A stretch of 21,799 nt of DNA, taken from NCBI RefSeq assembly GCF_006345805.1, contig NW_021823593.1:1-21799 (forward strand). Direction: 5' to 3'. Below the pieces are notes generated by a model that was not told the DNA's origin, searched no databases, and saw only the letters and a list, made by a program, of their open reading frames with translations. How positions within the stretch are numbered: the stretch's first letter is position 1; every line of letters starts with the position of its first letter. Source of the stretch: Octopus sinensis (lineage: Eukaryota). This document shows, piece by piece, positions 19,935 to 21,799 of this stretch. Both the position numbers and the translations under genes were made by a program.

Positions 19935-20460
19935 TATGTGGTTAGACGTTAGCTTCCCAACCATATTGTACCCATTTCTTTATTACCCACAAGGGGCTAA
20001 ACATAGAGGGGACACACAAGGACATACATAGGTATTAAGTCGATTACATCGACCCCAGTGCATGATTGGTACTTAATTTATCGACCCCGAAAGGATGAAA
20101 GGCAAAGTCGACCTCGGCGGAATTTGAACTCACAACGTAACGGCAGATGAAATACTGCAAAGCATTTCTCCCGGCGTGCTAACGCTTCTGCCAGCTCGCC
20201 GCCTTCCCAACCATATTGTTCCATGCTCTGTCCCACTGCATGGCACCTTGGACAAGTGTCTTCTACAAGAGCCTCGGGGCCAACCAAAGCCTTGTCAGAC
20301 GGTTTGACCACCGGTACTGGTGTGTTTACGCCATCGTAACATAGCGGTTCGGAACAAGAGACCAATAGAGTAAGAACGAAGCTTAAAAAAATTTCTTCAA
20401 AGAGGTGCTCCGACATGTCTGCAGTCTAATGACTCTGAACCAAGTAAAAGATAAAAGATT
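19935..20460 (+). mobile_element. Old family A SINE lacking the internal microsatellite, interrupted by a C monomer
   Basis: Head fragment at 19935-19969 and remainder at 20203-20460, ending GTAAAAGATAAAAGAT. Confidence 0.82.
19974..20202 (-). mobile_element. SINE family C solo monomer with 17-bp TSD
   Basis: CTTCCCAACCATATTGT at 19953-19969 and 20203-20219. Confidence 0.93.
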
Positions 20461-20473
20461 ACTACTACTACTA

Positions 20474-20521
<48 letters not shown>

Positions 20522-20698
20522 CACCACCACCACCGCCGCCACTACTACTACTACTACTACCACCACCACCACCACAACAACTACAACCACCACAACAACC
20601 ACAACCACCACCACCACCACCACCACCACTACTACTACTACTACTACCACCGCAACCACACCACTACTACTACTACTACTACTACAACCACCACCACC

Positions 20699-20730
<32 letters not shown>

Positions 20731-20780
20731 CACCCCCACCCCCCCACCACAATCACCCCCATTACTACTACTACTACTAC

Positions 20781-20821
<41 letters not shown>

Positions 20822-20822
20822 A
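20459..20822. repeat. (CTA)n/(CCA)n/(CAA)n tract abutting the SINE tail
   Basis: Directly visible. Confidence 0.95.
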
Positions 20823-21075
20823 TGTTGTCCAGCCTTCTTAATAACAAACAGAACAGACACACATGCTATTAATAGACCCATGATTCTGGAGACAGAACAA
20901 TCTCTCATCTCCTATTTCATCTCCCGTTTATGTCTTCATCTATTTATTCATTTTCCCCTTTACTCTTTGGTTCTCTTCGATTCTTGATTAGTTAATATGA
21001 ATTTGTTATATATAATGTATTAGGTTTTTTTTGCGTTAGCTATGGCATGCAAATGCATTGCTATGAACATCTTAG

Positions 21076-21474
21076 ACGAGTGGCTGTGTGGTAAGTAGCT
21101 TGCTAACCAACCACATGGTTCCGGGTTCAGTCCCACTGCGTGGTATCTTGGGCAAGTGTCTTCTGCTATAGCCCCGCGCCGACCAATGCCTTGTGAGTGG
21201 ATTTGGTAGACGGAAACTGAAAGAAGCCTGTCGTATATATGTATATATATATATGTGTGTGTGTGTGTTTGTGTCTCTGTGTTTGTCCCCCTAACATTGC
21301 TTGACAACCGATGCTGGCGTGTTTACGTCCCCGTCACTTAGCGGTTCGGCAAAAGAGATCGATAGAATAAATACTGGACTTACAAAGAATAAAGTCCCGG
21401 GGTCGATTTGCTCGACTAAAGGCGGTGCTCCAGCATGGCCGCAGTCAAATGACTGAAACAATTAAAAAGAGTAT
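21076..21474 (+). mobile_element. SINE family A copy
   Basis: Full-length match; tail runs into (TA)n. Confidence 0.92.
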
Positions 21475-21485
21475 ATATATATATA

Positions 21486-21656
21486 TATATATAAATTATA
21501 AAAATAAGGGTTTTGCAACAAGTTGCTTGACTACATACCGAAAATTTTAGAAATAGCAGCCAAAGGACTACTATGTTGCAAAACCCTTATTGTTAAAATT
21601 TTCGGTATGTGGTCAAGCAACTTGTTGCAAAACCCTCATTGTTATAATTATATATA
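21486..21656. repeat. Fold-back inverted repeat (MITE-like) between TA runs
   Basis: 21507-21549 is the reverse complement of 21594-21636 at 42/43; weaker pairing extends ~20 bp outward. Confidence 0.88.
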
Positions 21657-21799
21657 AAAAAACTTTTTGTATAAGTTTTTACCGAATATGGTCCTTTTCC
21701 ATACCGAAATACTACTAGGTGAAATTTGTTGATTTTATTAAATTAATTATCTTTCACCCTATATCTGTAATGTATATATATATATCTATATATATATAT

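Noticed and set aside
24-21307. Long ORFs in the supplied track (poly-LSIY, YIHT, MYVC, poly-T/L/Y/V/S, and SINE-derived peptides such as LLSVSVYQIHS)
   Set aside because: They are translations of microsatellites or recurrent SINE sequence and show no domain-like content.

Overview
This is repeat-saturated animal genomic DNA with no intact protein-coding gene. Every long ORF in the supplied track is a translation of microsatellite or SINE sequence. The tRNA-headed SINE families and microsatellite load resemble an octopod cephalopod genome; this is recall, not a database check. Contents: about 25 SINE copies or relics in a few modular families (my labels A, B, C, D, E), and three decayed LINE fragments (two RTE-like C-termini on the minus strand, one CR1/L2/Jockey-like RT on the plus strand). 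There is also a Merlin/ISXO2-like transposase fragment split by a SINE, a piggyBac-type MITE hosting a SINE, a probable hAT MITE, and a Penelope-like relic with a hammerhead-like motif. A 215-bp tandem/dispersed repeat carries RFX X-box-like palindromes, and a 263-bp local duplication, a terminal fold-back element and one weak candidate exon complete the window. The most interesting signal is a SINE family (C) present as solo copies and as head-to-tail multimers. The multimers share one nucleotide-exact, self-complementary junction at two independent loci, and the trimer is bounded by a single 14-bp target-site duplication.
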